The notes: generated by a model from the sequence alone, not told the origin. Shown: positions 31,143 through 41,208, counted from the first letter of the stretch. The stretch: 64,000 nt of DNA from Bradymonadia bacterium (GCA_046290225.1 JBKAGE010000041.1:32001-96000), one strand, 5' to 3'. Program-made: numbers and translations.

Positions 31143-32456
31143 CTACTTGAGGCCGAAGCGCTCCATTTTGCTGATGAGCGTAGCCCGGTTGATGCCCAAC
31201 GCCCTCGCACATGCGCTTTGGTTGTTGTTCGCGCGAGCGAGGGCTTCGGTGATGAGACTGCGCTCGTAGATCTCTACCCGCGCTTTGAGCGTGAGCGGCT
31301 CGTCGGTTGTCCCAGAGCCGTCGAAGGGGTCCTCGTCGATGTACGTGCTCGGCGCGAGGGCTACCAATCGCTCGATCGTGTGTTGAAGCTCGCGCACGTT
31401 GCCAGGCCAGGGGGCGCCCACAAGCAGCTCAAGGACTCTGGGGCTCAATGTGATGGGGCCCAGCCCGAAGCGCTCGCCATAGATGCGGGCGAAGTGTCGG
31501 GCCAGGGGGCGGACGTCGGCGCGGCGATCCCGCAGCGGGGGGAGCCGGATCGCCACGACGTTGAGGCGGTAATAGAGATCGCGGCGGAAGGTGGACACTT
31601 GATCGAGAGGGCGCCCGCTCATGGCGATGATGCGCACGTCGATGGGCTCGGCCTGCTCCGAGCCCACGGGGCGGACCTCGCGCTCTTGCAGGACTCGGAG
31701 CACTGAGGCCTGAGCCCGAGGCGCCAGGCTGTCGACTTCGTCGAGCACCAGGGTGCCGCCGTGAGCAGCCCGAAACAGGCCCTTTCGACTGCCTGCTGCG
31801 CCTGTGAATGCGCCCTTTACGTAACCGAACAACTCCGCTTCGGCGAGCTCAGCGGGGAGCGCGGCGCAGTTGAAACAGATGTAGGGCCCCTCACGGCGGG
31901 CGGAACTCTCGAGGATGGCCCGGGCCACGCACTCCTTGCCCGTGCCTGTCTCGCCTTCGATCAACACGGTCACGTCGCGGCCGGCGATGCGTTGCACGCG
32001 CTCGGCCACATGCATCATCTCCTGCGACTCGAAGATCATCGTCTGGCCCAGAGACATGCGCGCTTTGAGCGCCTGGTTCTCTCGGGCGAGGCTGCCGGTG
32101 TGCAAGACACGGCGGGCGACGCGTTCGACCTCGTCGGCGTCGAAGGGCTTCTTGAAGTAGTCCATCGCCCCGCGCTTCATCGCCTCTACAGCGGTGCGTT
32201 CGGAGCCGTGGGCGGTGATCATCACGAAGGGTGGGCTGCTCGGCTTCCCTTTGAGCGCCTCGAGCAGCCCGAAGCCGTCGAGCTTGGGCATGCGCAGATC
32301 GCTGATGATCAGGTCGACGTGCTCGGTCTCGAGCATCTCGAGGGCTTCGGCGCCATGTCTGGCTTCGAGCACTGTGGCAGGGAGATCGGACAAGATGGTT
32401 TTGAGGGTGAAGCGGACCGCCGCTTCGTCATCGACCACCAGCACACGAGGTGTCAT
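31143..32456 (-). CDS. sigma54-dependent response regulator (NtrC family)
   Basis: Receiver domain, GETGTGKE, GAFTGA, WPGNVREL, Fis-type HTH. Confidence 0.95.
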   Translation of the reverse strand: MTPRVLVVDDEAAVRFTLKTILSDLPATVLEARHGAEALEMLETEHVDLIISDLRMPKLDGFGLLEALKGKPSSPPFVMITAHGSERTAVEAMKRGAMDYFKKPFDADEVERVARRVLHTGSLARENQALKARMSLGQTMIFESQEMMHVAERVQRIAGRDVTVLIEGETGTGKECVARAILESSARREGPYICFNCAALPAELAEAELFGYVKGAFTGAAGSRKGLFRAAHGGTLVLDEVDSLAPRAQASVLRVLQEREVRPVGSEQAEPIDVRIIAMSGRPLDQVSTFRRDLYYRLNVVAIRLPPLRDRRADVRPLARHFARIYGERFGLGPITLSPRVLELLVGAPWPGNVRELQHTIERLVALAPSTYIDEDPFDGSGTTDEPLTLKARVEIYERSLITEALARANNNQSACARALGINRATLISKMERFGLK

Positions 32457-33694
32457 GGCGTGTCTCCTGCCTTGGGAAGCGTGAGGGTGCTCACGGCGCC
32501 GCCCTCAGGGCGGTTCGCGAGCTCGAGGTTACCGCCGTGCTGCTGGGCCAGCGCCAGCGAGATGGAGAGCCCGAGGCCGCTGCCCTCGGGCTTGTCGGTG
32601 ACGCCCGCCGTGAAAAGGCGCTGGGGGTCGCCCTCGATGCCAGGGCCGTCGTCTTCCACCCGCATCTGAAGATGTGTGTGGCCATCAATGATGACGATGT
32701 CGATCGAGCGTGCGCCGGCTTGAAAGGCGTTGAGCACGAGGTTGCCCAGGATCTGCTTCACCTTTCGGGGGTCGGCTTGCACGGCCCCAGAGCCGGAATG
32801 TGTGAGCACGGCATCTTGGGCGGTGAGCATGGGGGCGTGGAGCAGCACGACCTCGCTGGCGAGCTGGGTCATGTCCACCCTGTGCAGGTTGAGATCGCTC
32901 AAGGGGCGGGCCACGTCGAGCAGGTGATCCATGATGCCGCCCATACGATGGATCTCACCCACCATCACCGTGAGCTGCTCGCTGAGGGCGGTGCCGGGCT
33001 CTGCCTTTCGGGCCATGTGAGTGGCGAGGCCTTGGATGGCCGCCAGCGGGTTCTTCAGCTCGTGGGCCAGGGCGCCGCTGATGGCCGTCAGCTCGCGGTT
33101 GCGCACACGGAGCCCCTCGGCGAGCTGGGCTTGAAGCTGGACCCCATACTCCTTGGAGGCCTCCAGAGCTGCTCGGGTGTTGGCAGTGATGGTGGCCATG
33201 GCGATGGCGAAGGCGATGAGCACATACGCCCAGATGAAGGGGCCCAGCTGCTTGCCCAGCTCGGTCGTGGAGTCGAGCATGCGTGGGACGTACCCCGGGA
33301 GGCGGGGCAACAGGATGGCCGCGATGATCACGAGGCAGCCGAAGCACACGCGGAGCACCATGGCTCGAGAGGGCCCGGAAACCAGTGCAGAGGCCGCCAT
33401 GGTCACCACCAGCACCGCGATGAAGGGACTCTCCAGGCCACCGGTGAGCAACGTCATCATCGATGGACCCACGACGATGGCGTTGAGTGGTAGAGCCGCA
33501 GGCAGCTGATGCATCTGCCTGTAGAGGAGCTGTGTCACTAAAAGTATCGTGAGCGCGACGAGCAGCGGTACCCATCGCCAGAAGGGTTCGCTCGTGTAGA
33601 TGAGCAGGCCGGCCATAGGGGCCACGGTGGCCAGCGCCACGAAGCGGGCGCGGCCGAGGATCATGTCCGGAGAGTTGTCTTGCATGCCCTGCAT
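32453..33694 (-). CDS. Multi-TM sensor histidine kinase
   Basis: Several TM helices; LAHELKNPL, NLVLNA, DDGPG, GSGLGL; ATGA overlap with the regulator. Confidence 0.93.
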   Translation of the reverse strand: MQGMQDNSPDMILGRARFVALATVAPMAGLLIYTSEPFWRWVPLLVALTILLVTQLLYRQMHQLPAALPLNAIVVGPSMMTLLTGGLESPFIAVLVVTMAASALVSGPSRAMVLRVCFGCLVIIAAILLPRLPGYVPRMLDSTTELGKQLGPFIWAYVLIAFAIAMATITANTRAALEASKEYGVQLQAQLAEGLRVRNRELTAISGALAHELKNPLAAIQGLATHMARKAEPGTALSEQLTVMVGEIHRMGGIMDHLLDVARPLSDLNLHRVDMTQLASEVVLLHAPMLTAQDAVLTHSGSGAVQADPRKVKQILGNLVLNAFQAGARSIDIVIIDGHTHLQMRVEDDGPGIEGDPQRLFTAGVTDKPEGSGLGLSISLALAQQHGGNLELANRPEGGAVSTLTLPKAGDTP

Positions 33695-33740
33695 GGCAGG
33701 GACTGTAGAGGCCGACGCCCCGAGATGTCGAATGACATGA

Positions 33741-34493
33741 TCAGGGATCCTCGAGGAAGGGGTCCACGGGCGGGCGCACGCTCAGCTCGATGACGTGCTC
33801 AGCGTCGCCGCAACGGGGCGCGCCCTCCAAGCCGACCGCTATCGGGGTCGAGATGACGGGTGCATCTGCCCCCACCGTAGGCAGGGTGGGGGCGGTGATG
33901 GTCAGCTGCACTTGATCCTGGTTGGGATCGACCTCCAACAAGCGCGGCACCGACAACAGTGGGGTGTCACAGTCTCTCGGCCCATCACAGCAAGGCGTAA
34001 GCCACACCCGCAGCCCCTCGCTCACCCGGGCTGGTGATCCATCGACCACCAGATCGAGGGTGACGTTCGCAGAGTCGAACCCGTCGGCGGTGAGAGGCCT
34101 CTCTGGTGCGGTGACGACCACCTCGTCGGGCAATCGAGCGCTGAGCATCAACGAATCGTCCAGGGCGGTGTACGGCCCCGCTTTCACCTCCACCAGCACT
34201 GGGCCCGGGATACGCCCGAAGCGAATGGGCACTTGGACGAGGCCGTCTTCTGGTGTTGTCGTCTGATGCTCGGTGTCGTCGCCGATGGTGGCCCCCGTGA
34301 CCTGAATCTCCACCTCGCGGCGGAAGAGGCGGGCGGCTTCGTCCAGCTGCACCTCGACGGTGGCGCGGCCCAGACCATCGGCGTATGCCTGAGCTGCGTC
34401 AGTGACGATAGAGATCTCGATCGCGCCCTCTTCGGGGGGATCGATGCATGCACACAAGGCTAGGCCCAATGTGCAGATCCAGGGTGTCCGCAT
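33741..34493 (-). CDS. Lipoprotein with two invasin/Big_1-like Ig domains
   Basis: Lipobox LCAC; duplicated AYADGLGRATVEVQL / LTADGFDSANVTLDL; SD AAGGAG overlaps the secretin stop codon. Confidence 0.7.
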   Translation of the reverse strand: MRTPWICTLGLALCACIDPPEEGAIEISIVTDAAQAYADGLGRATVEVQLDEAARLFRREVEIQVTGATIGDDTEHQTTTPEDGLVQVPIRFGRIPGPVLVEVKAGPYTALDDSLMLSARLPDEVVVTAPERPLTADGFDSANVTLDLVVDGSPARVSEGLRVWLTPCCDGPRDCDTPLLSVPRLLEVDPNQDQVQLTITAPTLPTVGADAPVISTPIAVGLEGAPRCGDAEHVIELSVRPPVDPFLEDP

Positions 34494-34503
34494 CTTCATC
34501 TCC

Positions 34504-36261
34504 TTAGAAGTAGAGTGTCTCGAGGACATCGCGCAGGAATCGGCGGCCGCGGCGCCCGGCGGCGCTGGGCGTGTCGAGATCTTCTTCGGGCAAATCCACC
34601 CCGGTGAAGGTGAGATCGCCCCGGCGAAACTCTCGGTGGAGCGCGCTCCCCCGGGCGTTCGAGAAAGCTGTGAGGTTGTTCCGTGTGGGCTTTAAGAAGT
34701 CCGAGAAACGATCTTGAAGCTGCCGCGAGAGCGCCACCCCACCCTCCGAGAGCTGCCCTTTGTCGTTCAACTGCAGTGGTCGTCGGGGTGTGAGCAGGAT
34801 GATCAGGGTGGCGTTCTGCTCCGACTCGCTCGTTGTGCTGAACAGGTATTGCAAGATGGGGATGTCCCTCAGGATGGGCACCCCGCTTCGGCTGTTGGAG
34901 CGGCGCTTGGTGTTGCCTGCCGCGAGGGCGATGGTCTGCCCGAAGGCCAGCTCCGCGGTGACCGAGGTGCGGTTCTTCACCGTGGCCACTGCCTGCTCGA
35001 AGGTCCCTGGGGCTGCGGTGGGTAAAAAGGCGCCAAACTCGGTGCGCACGCTGACGCGCAAGCGATCGTCTTCCAAGAAGGTGGGGCGGACGTTCAAGGT
35101 GATGCCCACCTCCTTGTTGTACGAGCTGCCCCCGAGCTGGCCTGGGGCGATGTAGGTCACCTCGCTGCCGATGAAGACCTCCGACTCTTCGTTGTCGTGG
35201 GCCACCACTGAGGGTCGGGCGACGATCTCGTTGTGACTGTCGCTGGCGTTGGCGATGTTCAGCGAATAGGTCACCTCGGGCATGCTGATGCTGACGCTGC
35301 TGGAGCCGCTCTCCTCGAAGGAGGTCACCGCACCTGTGGTGACGTCGCGGTTGGTGCTCCGGGAAGCGTCAAGCAGGGTGGAGCCAAATTGCACCTGCAG
35401 AGCCGACAACAGGTTCACGCCTCGCTGGCTGGAAGTAGAGTTCTCCTGTGACAACACCACGGCGTCGAAGACCACCATCTTTGCCGCTTCCGGTGTTTTG
35501 GGGTTCGAGTCCTCAGCGTGTGGTGACTCTTCTGTGTCCACAGGCACGGCGTGTGAGGTGGCCTGCATCGCCTCATGTACAGTACGCCAGGTGTGTAGTC
35601 GTTGGGCGAGTGCGCCTGGAGCTGCACCGCCAGTATTGCGATAGATCTTCAGGTGGTGCGCCGCGGCGTCGTGATCACCCATCGCTGCAGAGACCAGCCC
35701 ATGGGCGCGTTGGATCTGAGGCTCGGTCGATGCCGCGGGCGGCAGGCGCTCGAGGGCAACCTGAGCGGCTTTGGGATCGCCGGCATTGTAGGCGGCCACC
35801 ACCAGGCCGTAGAGCGGCTCTGGTCGCTCGGGAGCAGAGCGTGCGGCCTGAGCGAAGGCCTCACGGGCTTCAGGCCCACGCCGTTGCCTCCACAACAGGC
35901 GCCCCAGCCGATATGCCGCAGCCCAGTGGTGTGGGTTGAACCGCAGCGCCAGCCGATAGCCCACTTCGGCGAGAGATGCCGACTTCTGAGCGCCCGCCTC
36001 GGCCCGCAGGTCGTAGACATAGGCGTTGAAGAAGTGCAAGTGAGCGTCTTGCGGCGCGGCCTGTAACCCAGCGTTGAAGGCCACACTGGCTGCGTCGAGA
36101 TCCCCATCCCACAGCGCGCCCAGGCCATCGGCGAGGGCAGCGCGTGCCCCAGGGGCCGTCGGCGGTACGCGCTGCTGCAAATCGGATGGTAAACGCTCGA
36201 TGCCCTGAGCTGCGCAGCTCATCAGCCAGAGGGCGAGCGAGAACGTGAGTGTGTATCTCAT
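34504..36261 (-). CDS. Lipoprotein TPR::secretin fusion
   Basis: Lipobox LMSC; TPR-like helices; secretin core IVARPSVVAHDNEESEVFIG, EVGITLNVRP, GQTIAL, GVPILRDIPILQYLFS, LIILLTPR. Confidence 0.9.
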   Translation of the reverse strand: MRYTLTFSLALWLMSCAAQGIERLPSDLQQRVPPTAPGARAALADGLGALWDGDLDAASVAFNAGLQAAPQDAHLHFFNAYVYDLRAEAGAQKSASLAEVGYRLALRFNPHHWAAAYRLGRLLWRQRRGPEAREAFAQAARSAPERPEPLYGLVVAAYNAGDPKAAQVALERLPPAASTEPQIQRAHGLVSAAMGDHDAAAHHLKIYRNTGGAAPGALAQRLHTWRTVHEAMQATSHAVPVDTEESPHAEDSNPKTPEAAKMVVFDAVVLSQENSTSSQRGVNLLSALQVQFGSTLLDASRSTNRDVTTGAVTSFEESGSSSVSISMPEVTYSLNIANASDSHNEIVARPSVVAHDNEESEVFIGSEVTYIAPGQLGGSSYNKEVGITLNVRPTFLEDDRLRVSVRTEFGAFLPTAAPGTFEQAVATVKNRTSVTAELAFGQTIALAAGNTKRRSNSRSGVPILRDIPILQYLFSTTSESEQNATLIILLTPRRPLQLNDKGQLSEGGVALSRQLQDRFSDFLKPTRNNLTAFSNARGSALHREFRRGDLTFTGVDLPEEDLDTPSAAGRRGRRFLRDVLETLYF

Positions 36262-36302
36262 GTGCACACCTGTTGGATCGTTTTTTGATGTGTTTTTGGG
36301 GC

Positions 36303-39300
36303 TCAGTGTGATTCGTCCCAACAGATGTTTGTATTGCATGGCACCCCTTTGCCGGGTGTGCAACGCATACAGTCACACCTGCCGTCGATATAGTCTCGAG
36401 CACTGATGCGCTCTTCTGTGCCAAACACCTGAACACGGCTCAGGTTCAATGGCACTCTGCCCCTCTGGTAGATCCAGACGTATCGAGTTGAGGAGATTGA
36501 ACGGAAATACACGTTCTGAGAGAGATGGGCGAAGGGCTTGTCTTGGGGGCTGATGAGATCGAAGGCAGCCTCAGGCGTGGGTGCGCTGAGTTCTGTTGCA
36601 TCAGAAGGTACGAAGGTCTGGGTGTCAGGGTTGTCGAAGTCGGCTTCCCCCTCCTCGGGCTGGCTCACAGTGGCGAGTAGCTGTGCAGTACAGGCCCCTC
36701 GGGGTGCGATGACGTGATAGTTCCCGGCGCCGAGTTGATGGCGGCGCTGATACTTCATGTCATCGCCGAAATAGACATCGTCTTCGCTGAGCGCTGCTTT
36801 GAGGTCGTCCTGGGTCGACAGCACGACCAGGGCACCTTCGAGGCCACCATGGCGTTGCCCTGTGCCGCTGGCGTTCTGAATGACGACTGCGCTGACCTCA
36901 TAGGGTTTGCCGAGATCCACGCGCCACCAGGCGCCGTCTCGATCCGGGCGAAAACCTACCTCTGGGCACTCGGCGAAGCGTTGGGTGGATTGTATACCAC
37001 CGCTGCTGCGAGTCTTATTGCGGATATAGGGGGTGGCGAGGATGAGATCCTGGCGCTCGCGACCGCCCCACTCCACGTGTGAGCCCTTGCAGCTGATGGG
37101 TTGGTTGGGGTTGCTCTCAAGGCGAGTGGGCGCGCTGGGTCCAGTTTTGAGTCGCCGTGCGCTCTTGAACCAGCTCGATACTTCATCGACCACCTTGTGT
37201 AAGAGTTTGGCGGGCTTATTGGGATCTGCGTAGAACATGCCCGAGGTCGTACCTGTCGGGAACTTGTCTTTGATGTCACTGAAAGGCTTGATCGCGTCTT
37301 TGGCCACGGCGCCGAAGACCTTGTTGTCGTACACCATGGAGTATCCGGTGTGCTTGAGCGCGCCGTGTACCTGGCTGCGGACGCCCTCAGGGTTGAGGTT
37401 GCCGAGGCTGGTCGAGCCATAGGACTTGAGCAGCTGTTCACGCACCTTGGGGAAATAACCACCAAGGCCCTTGGCCATATCGTGGGCGAGCTCTGCGCTG
37501 CTGGCGGCTACACCGAAGGCCACTTCTGCGCCTTCGGCGAAGGCCTCGACGATCGGCCCAAGGGGCCCCAGGCAGTCGAGTGTACTATTTGCATTCCACG
37601 AAACATTAAGGCCACTGCTCAGGTTGAGCGAGTTGGCCCTAAAGCGGACCCCGATCGGGCGGTAGGGGCAGTTGGCGTCGAGCCTGAAGTCGATGTGGCG
37701 CTTGCTGAGCTCGATCTCCACGTCCTCTTCGAAACTGATCGGAGGGATGCTCACCTCGGCCTTGATCGCCATCTTGCCTTGGGTGCTGTTGCCTTTCTTC
37801 ACCGTGGACACCAGCAGCACGCCAGCAGCGTCGAGGTAGTCGGACCACCCGCTCAGGTCCACGTCGGCGTAGATCCCCCGGGCCTGACGACCCTTCTTCT
37901 TCTGCCCTGAGTGCCCCGTCTGCCAGTACTCCACCGTGAGATCGCCCACCGTCTTGCCGAGCACCACCCCAGTGCCGCGGGCCATCACACGCTTGCCTTT
38001 GACGCACTTGTTTGCGCTCTCTCGCACAGCCTTGGATGCCAGGATTTGCTGGTTCTTGCCGATGAAGAACCCCATCATCTGGCTCAGATCAGGGCGACCC
38101 GCCACGTCGAGGTTGGCCTCCGAGTCATAGCTCAGACCTTTCACAGAGACCGCATCCAGCGGCACATTGTTGAAGACGCCCGTCATGTCTTCGAATGTCG
38201 CGCCCAGCACGGCGCGGCCGATGACCTGAACGAGCCGGCGGTAGTCGTCGAGGCTGACCTCGGCGGCGTTGAAGGCGAAGGCGTTGTCCACCTTGCACGT
38301 CTTCAGGGTGCACTGCGCGTAGAGAAAGTAGTCCTTCGACTCGCCCTGGTACGTGACGGTGGTCTTCCTGGCCCAGGCCTTTAACACCTTCTTGACGCCC
38401 CGTGCCCCACCCTGAGTGCTGCGGATCTCCACCACAGGCTCGGTCATGGTCAGGCCGTCGATGGTGAAGATGTTGCTCCACCGCTGACGGCTCAGCCGCA
38501 CCCACCACGTCTTCCGCGGCCTGGGGTTGCAGTCATCTGCTGCGGCCTTGCCATGAGCGGCGTGCACGCGCACGCCGCAGTCTCCATTGCAGAATCCGAT
38601 GCTCGTGAGGGCGCTCCTCAGATCGCCAGCGCCCAGAGACACGCGGCCGAAGACGTTCTGGCCGCCGACCATGGCGAGGGTTTGGCGCGTGTCCACTTGC
38701 TGGATGCGGGTCCGGATGGGAGTGGGGAGCCCGCTCATGGCGACGGCGCTGTGGGCGTTGTCGAAGGGCACCCACAGGAACACCGTGTGCTGCACCTTCA
38801 CGTCTCCGAGCTCGTTGAGGTAGGGCACCTCGGTGAGCAGGGTAGACAAGTCGAACTTCGCATCCTGAGGCAGCAAGGCGATGTTGGGCTGGTTCTTCTT
38901 TTGGCCGTCGAGCGTGGGCCAGTAGAGGACGAGCTGGAAGTTGGCGCCGAGCAGCCTGAGGTTCTTCTGGTACCACGTCACCCCAGCCTCAGTGCGCTTG
39001 TCCAGCGTGGCGTCGGCGAGATTGTCGAGGGCGTTGTGGACCAACCCTTGATTGTTCGAGCCCACAGCTTGGCGGGCCTGTGACACGATCTGCTTGTCCG
39101 GGTTGTTGCCAGTCGCTGGGGGATTGCCGCCCACAGGAGGGCTAGGTTGGCCCACTGAGGGGCTGCCGCCACCGTCGCCTGTAGGGAAGATGACCCCGGT
39201 GAGCGTCAGCCAGGAGGCCACCGTGCCGCCCTCGGCGAAGCTCAGCTGCCCATTGCCCTTGAGCTCGAGCCGGGCAGACTTGCTGTCGCTGTGGCTGCTG

Positions 39301-41078
39301 AAAGTGTGGGCGCTCGCGGGCCCGCTGCCGCGGGGCAAGGTGAGGAAGGTTGCTCTAGGCGCGTTGGTGATGAGGCCGGTGAGTACGGTGAAGGGCCCAA
39401 CGTTGGTGGCTCGGGGCGGGCCAAAGCCGTCCGAGCCATAGGGGACAGCGCCGTTGAGGGCCATGGCGCTGCCTTTCCCCGTGGGGAACGCGATGCCCGC
39501 GAGGCTGATCCAGCCGCCGTGGTCGGGGGTGTGGAGGAAGACCTCACCGTTGGGCTGGATGTCCACTCGGCCTTGTCCATTTTGGATGGCCACCTGAAAC
39601 ATCAGCCGCTCTGCGGGGCGCAAATGGTTGGGCAGAGTGGTGATACGGCCGCGACCGCGTCGGCCACGTACCATGCCGGACAGCACCACTAGATTACGGT
39701 GTTTGTACGCGCGCAAGTCTCCGTAATTCTGGCCGAAGTGGCTGAACCCGGAGGCTGGGGTCAAGCGCTCGGCGTCACGCGTGGAAAAGGTGAGCCCGTC
39801 GAAGCTGATCCGGCCTCGGGTAATGGGGTAGTCCTCACGAGCGACGATGTGTCCGTTGGGTCGTATCTCGAGCTGCACGATGTCAGCGCCTTGGGGCCGG
39901 CTGAAGATCTGTTTCTTGAGCGGACGCATCCCGAGGGGTAGCTGCGCGATGGCGCTCAGGCGTGTTGTACGGGTCATGCCGTGGAGCACGACGATCGGTG
40001 GATCGGCCGTGGCCGAAGGGGTCCCGTAGGGGCGCCCCCATCTTTTGTCCCCGTACAACAGCTCCAGTGGTTTGGTGCCTTCGACCACTGGGGCCTCACC
40101 GCCGGGCAGGAGCACGAGGCCAGAGACGGTGAGCCACGAACCCTCGACGCCACCCTCGGAGAACTGCAGGCCACCCTCAGTAAATAGGTCGAGGCGGGCT
40201 GTTCGATCGCCGCTGTAGCCGTTGAGAATTCGCATACTGGCGGTGCGCAGCTCTCTGGGCAGCGTGAAGAGCGTCTCTTCGGAGTTGGCGTTGGTCACCA
40301 TGCCCGTCAGCACGGCGAAGGGCCCTGCCATGAACACTCGAGGTGGGCCGAAGCCGACGTTACGGTACGGATTTACACCAGGCCCAAGGGGCAGCAACTT
40401 GCCCTGCTTCGTGGGGAACACCACCCCTGACAAGTTGACGCGCCCGCCGTGATCGGCGGTGTGCAAGTGCACCTCGCCGTTGATCTCCACATGCACCCGG
40501 AGCGGGCCATCGACGCCAGCAACCTGGAACATCAGGCGTTCTTTGGGTCGCAACTGAGCCGGCAGTGTCGTGATTCGGCCGCGGCCAGCAGGCGCGTGGA
40601 CCAAGCCCATCAGCACCACGAGGTCTCGATGTTTGTAGGCTCTCAGATCGCCATAGCCGTTCTCCCAATTGCGAAAGCCAGAGCCCAACGAGAGGCGCTC
40701 GGCCTCTCTCGTGGAGAAGGTGATCCCATCGAGGCTGACCCAGTTGCCCAAGGGGGCGCCGCCATCCTTCACCTTGATGTAGCCGGCGTTGTCCACGGCG
40801 ATCTGGAGGGTGCCCTCGCCTTTGTTCTGGCTGAAGACAAGCGTGCGCGAAGGGCGCATGTTTCGAGGCAGGCGGGCGATTTTTCCGCGTTTGGTGGTGT
40901 GCACCACCCCATGCAGCACCACGATGGGATCATCGCGGGTCGCTGCAGGGGTGGCGTAGGGGCTGCCCCAGGCTCGAGCGCCGTTGAGCAGCTCCAGTGG
41001 CGTGGTCGTGTGGGCGTGCGCTTTGACGCCCCACAACACCCAAAATATAACAACGAGATGACGAAGGCCGGTGTGCAC
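36303..41078 (-). CDS. 1591-aa secreted protein: six phage RBP-head-like repeats, central domain, C-terminal fucolectin/discoidin-like domain
   Basis: Signal peptide (..VKAHA); six ~100-aa repeats with V.L.G..I..LP...RP....F...G...W.SL.G..F; WWRVDLGKPYEVSAVVIQN..RYVWI..LNLSRVQVFG. Confidence 0.85.
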   Translation of the reverse strand: MHTGLRHLVVIFWVLWGVKAHAHTTTPLELLNGARAWGSPYATPAATRDDPIVVLHGVVHTTKRGKIARLPRNMRPSRTLVFSQNKGEGTLQIAVDNAGYIKVKDGGAPLGNWVSLDGITFSTREAERLSLGSGFRNWENGYGDLRAYKHRDLVVLMGLVHAPAGRGRITTLPAQLRPKERLMFQVAGVDGPLRVHVEINGEVHLHTADHGGRVNLSGVVFPTKQGKLLPLGPGVNPYRNVGFGPPRVFMAGPFAVLTGMVTNANSEETLFTLPRELRTASMRILNGYSGDRTARLDLFTEGGLQFSEGGVEGSWLTVSGLVLLPGGEAPVVEGTKPLELLYGDKRWGRPYGTPSATADPPIVVLHGMTRTTRLSAIAQLPLGMRPLKKQIFSRPQGADIVQLEIRPNGHIVAREDYPITRGRISFDGLTFSTRDAERLTPASGFSHFGQNYGDLRAYKHRNLVVLSGMVRGRRGRGRITTLPNHLRPAERLMFQVAIQNGQGRVDIQPNGEVFLHTPDHGGWISLAGIAFPTGKGSAMALNGAVPYGSDGFGPPRATNVGPFTVLTGLITNAPRATFLTLPRGSGPASAHTFSSHSDSKSARLELKGNGQLSFAEGGTVASWLTLTGVIFPTGDGGGSPSVGQPSPPVGGNPPATGNNPDKQIVSQARQAVGSNNQGLVHNALDNLADATLDKRTEAGVTWYQKNLRLLGANFQLVLYWPTLDGQKKNQPNIALLPQDAKFDLSTLLTEVPYLNELGDVKVQHTVFLWVPFDNAHSAVAMSGLPTPIRTRIQQVDTRQTLAMVGGQNVFGRVSLGAGDLRSALTSIGFCNGDCGVRVHAAHGKAAADDCNPRPRKTWWVRLSRQRWSNIFTIDGLTMTEPVVEIRSTQGGARGVKKVLKAWARKTTVTYQGESKDYFLYAQCTLKTCKVDNAFAFNAAEVSLDDYRRLVQVIGRAVLGATFEDMTGVFNNVPLDAVSVKGLSYDSEANLDVAGRPDLSQMMGFFIGKNQQILASKAVRESANKCVKGKRVMARGTGVVLGKTVGDLTVEYWQTGHSGQKKKGRQARGIYADVDLSGWSDYLDAAGVLLVSTVKKGNSTQGKMAIKAEVSIPPISFEEDVEIELSKRHIDFRLDANCPYRPIGVRFRANSLNLSSGLNVSWNANSTLDCLGPLGPIVEAFAEGAEVAFGVAASSAELAHDMAKGLGGYFPKVREQLLKSYGSTSLGNLNPEGVRSQVHGALKHTGYSMVYDNKVFGAVAKDAIKPFSDIKDKFPTGTTSGMFYADPNKPAKLLHKVVDEVSSWFKSARRLKTGPSAPTRLESNPNQPISCKGSHVEWGGRERQDLILATPYIRNKTRSSGGIQSTQRFAECPEVGFRPDRDGAWWRVDLGKPYEVSAVVIQNASGTGQRHGGLEGALVVLSTQDDLKAALSEDDVYFGDDMKYQRRHQLGAGNYHVIAPRGACTAQLLATVSQPEEGEADFDNPDTQTFVPSDATELSAPTPEAAFDLISPQDKPFAHLSQNVYFRSISSTRYVWIYQRGRVPLNLSRVQVFGTEERISARDYIDGRCDCMRCTPGKGVPCNTNICWDESH

Positions 41079-41114
41079 GTGCTTCCCTCCTGCGATGTGC
41101 AGAGGGGCGGTTCA

Positions 41115-41208
41115 GCACAGGCTATACCAGCTGAGAATCGGCCTTAAATCGGGCGCTGTCGGTGAAATGTGTTGGCTTGCTCGACAGGGCCTGTCGAAGA
41201 ATTCGACA
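41115..41208 (-). promoter_or_regulatory. sigma54-type promoter with tandem upstream activator-like palindromes
   Basis: Minus strand TGGTATAGCCTGTGC (41129-41115; GG-10 nt-GC); TGTTG-N7-CGACA (41170-41186) and TGTCG-N7-CGACA (41192-41208). Confidence 0.65.

Noticed and set aside
36303..41078. Prophage or tailocin
   Set aside because: Phage-like domains occur only inside a Sec-signal protein; no capsid, tail, baseplate or lysis genes.
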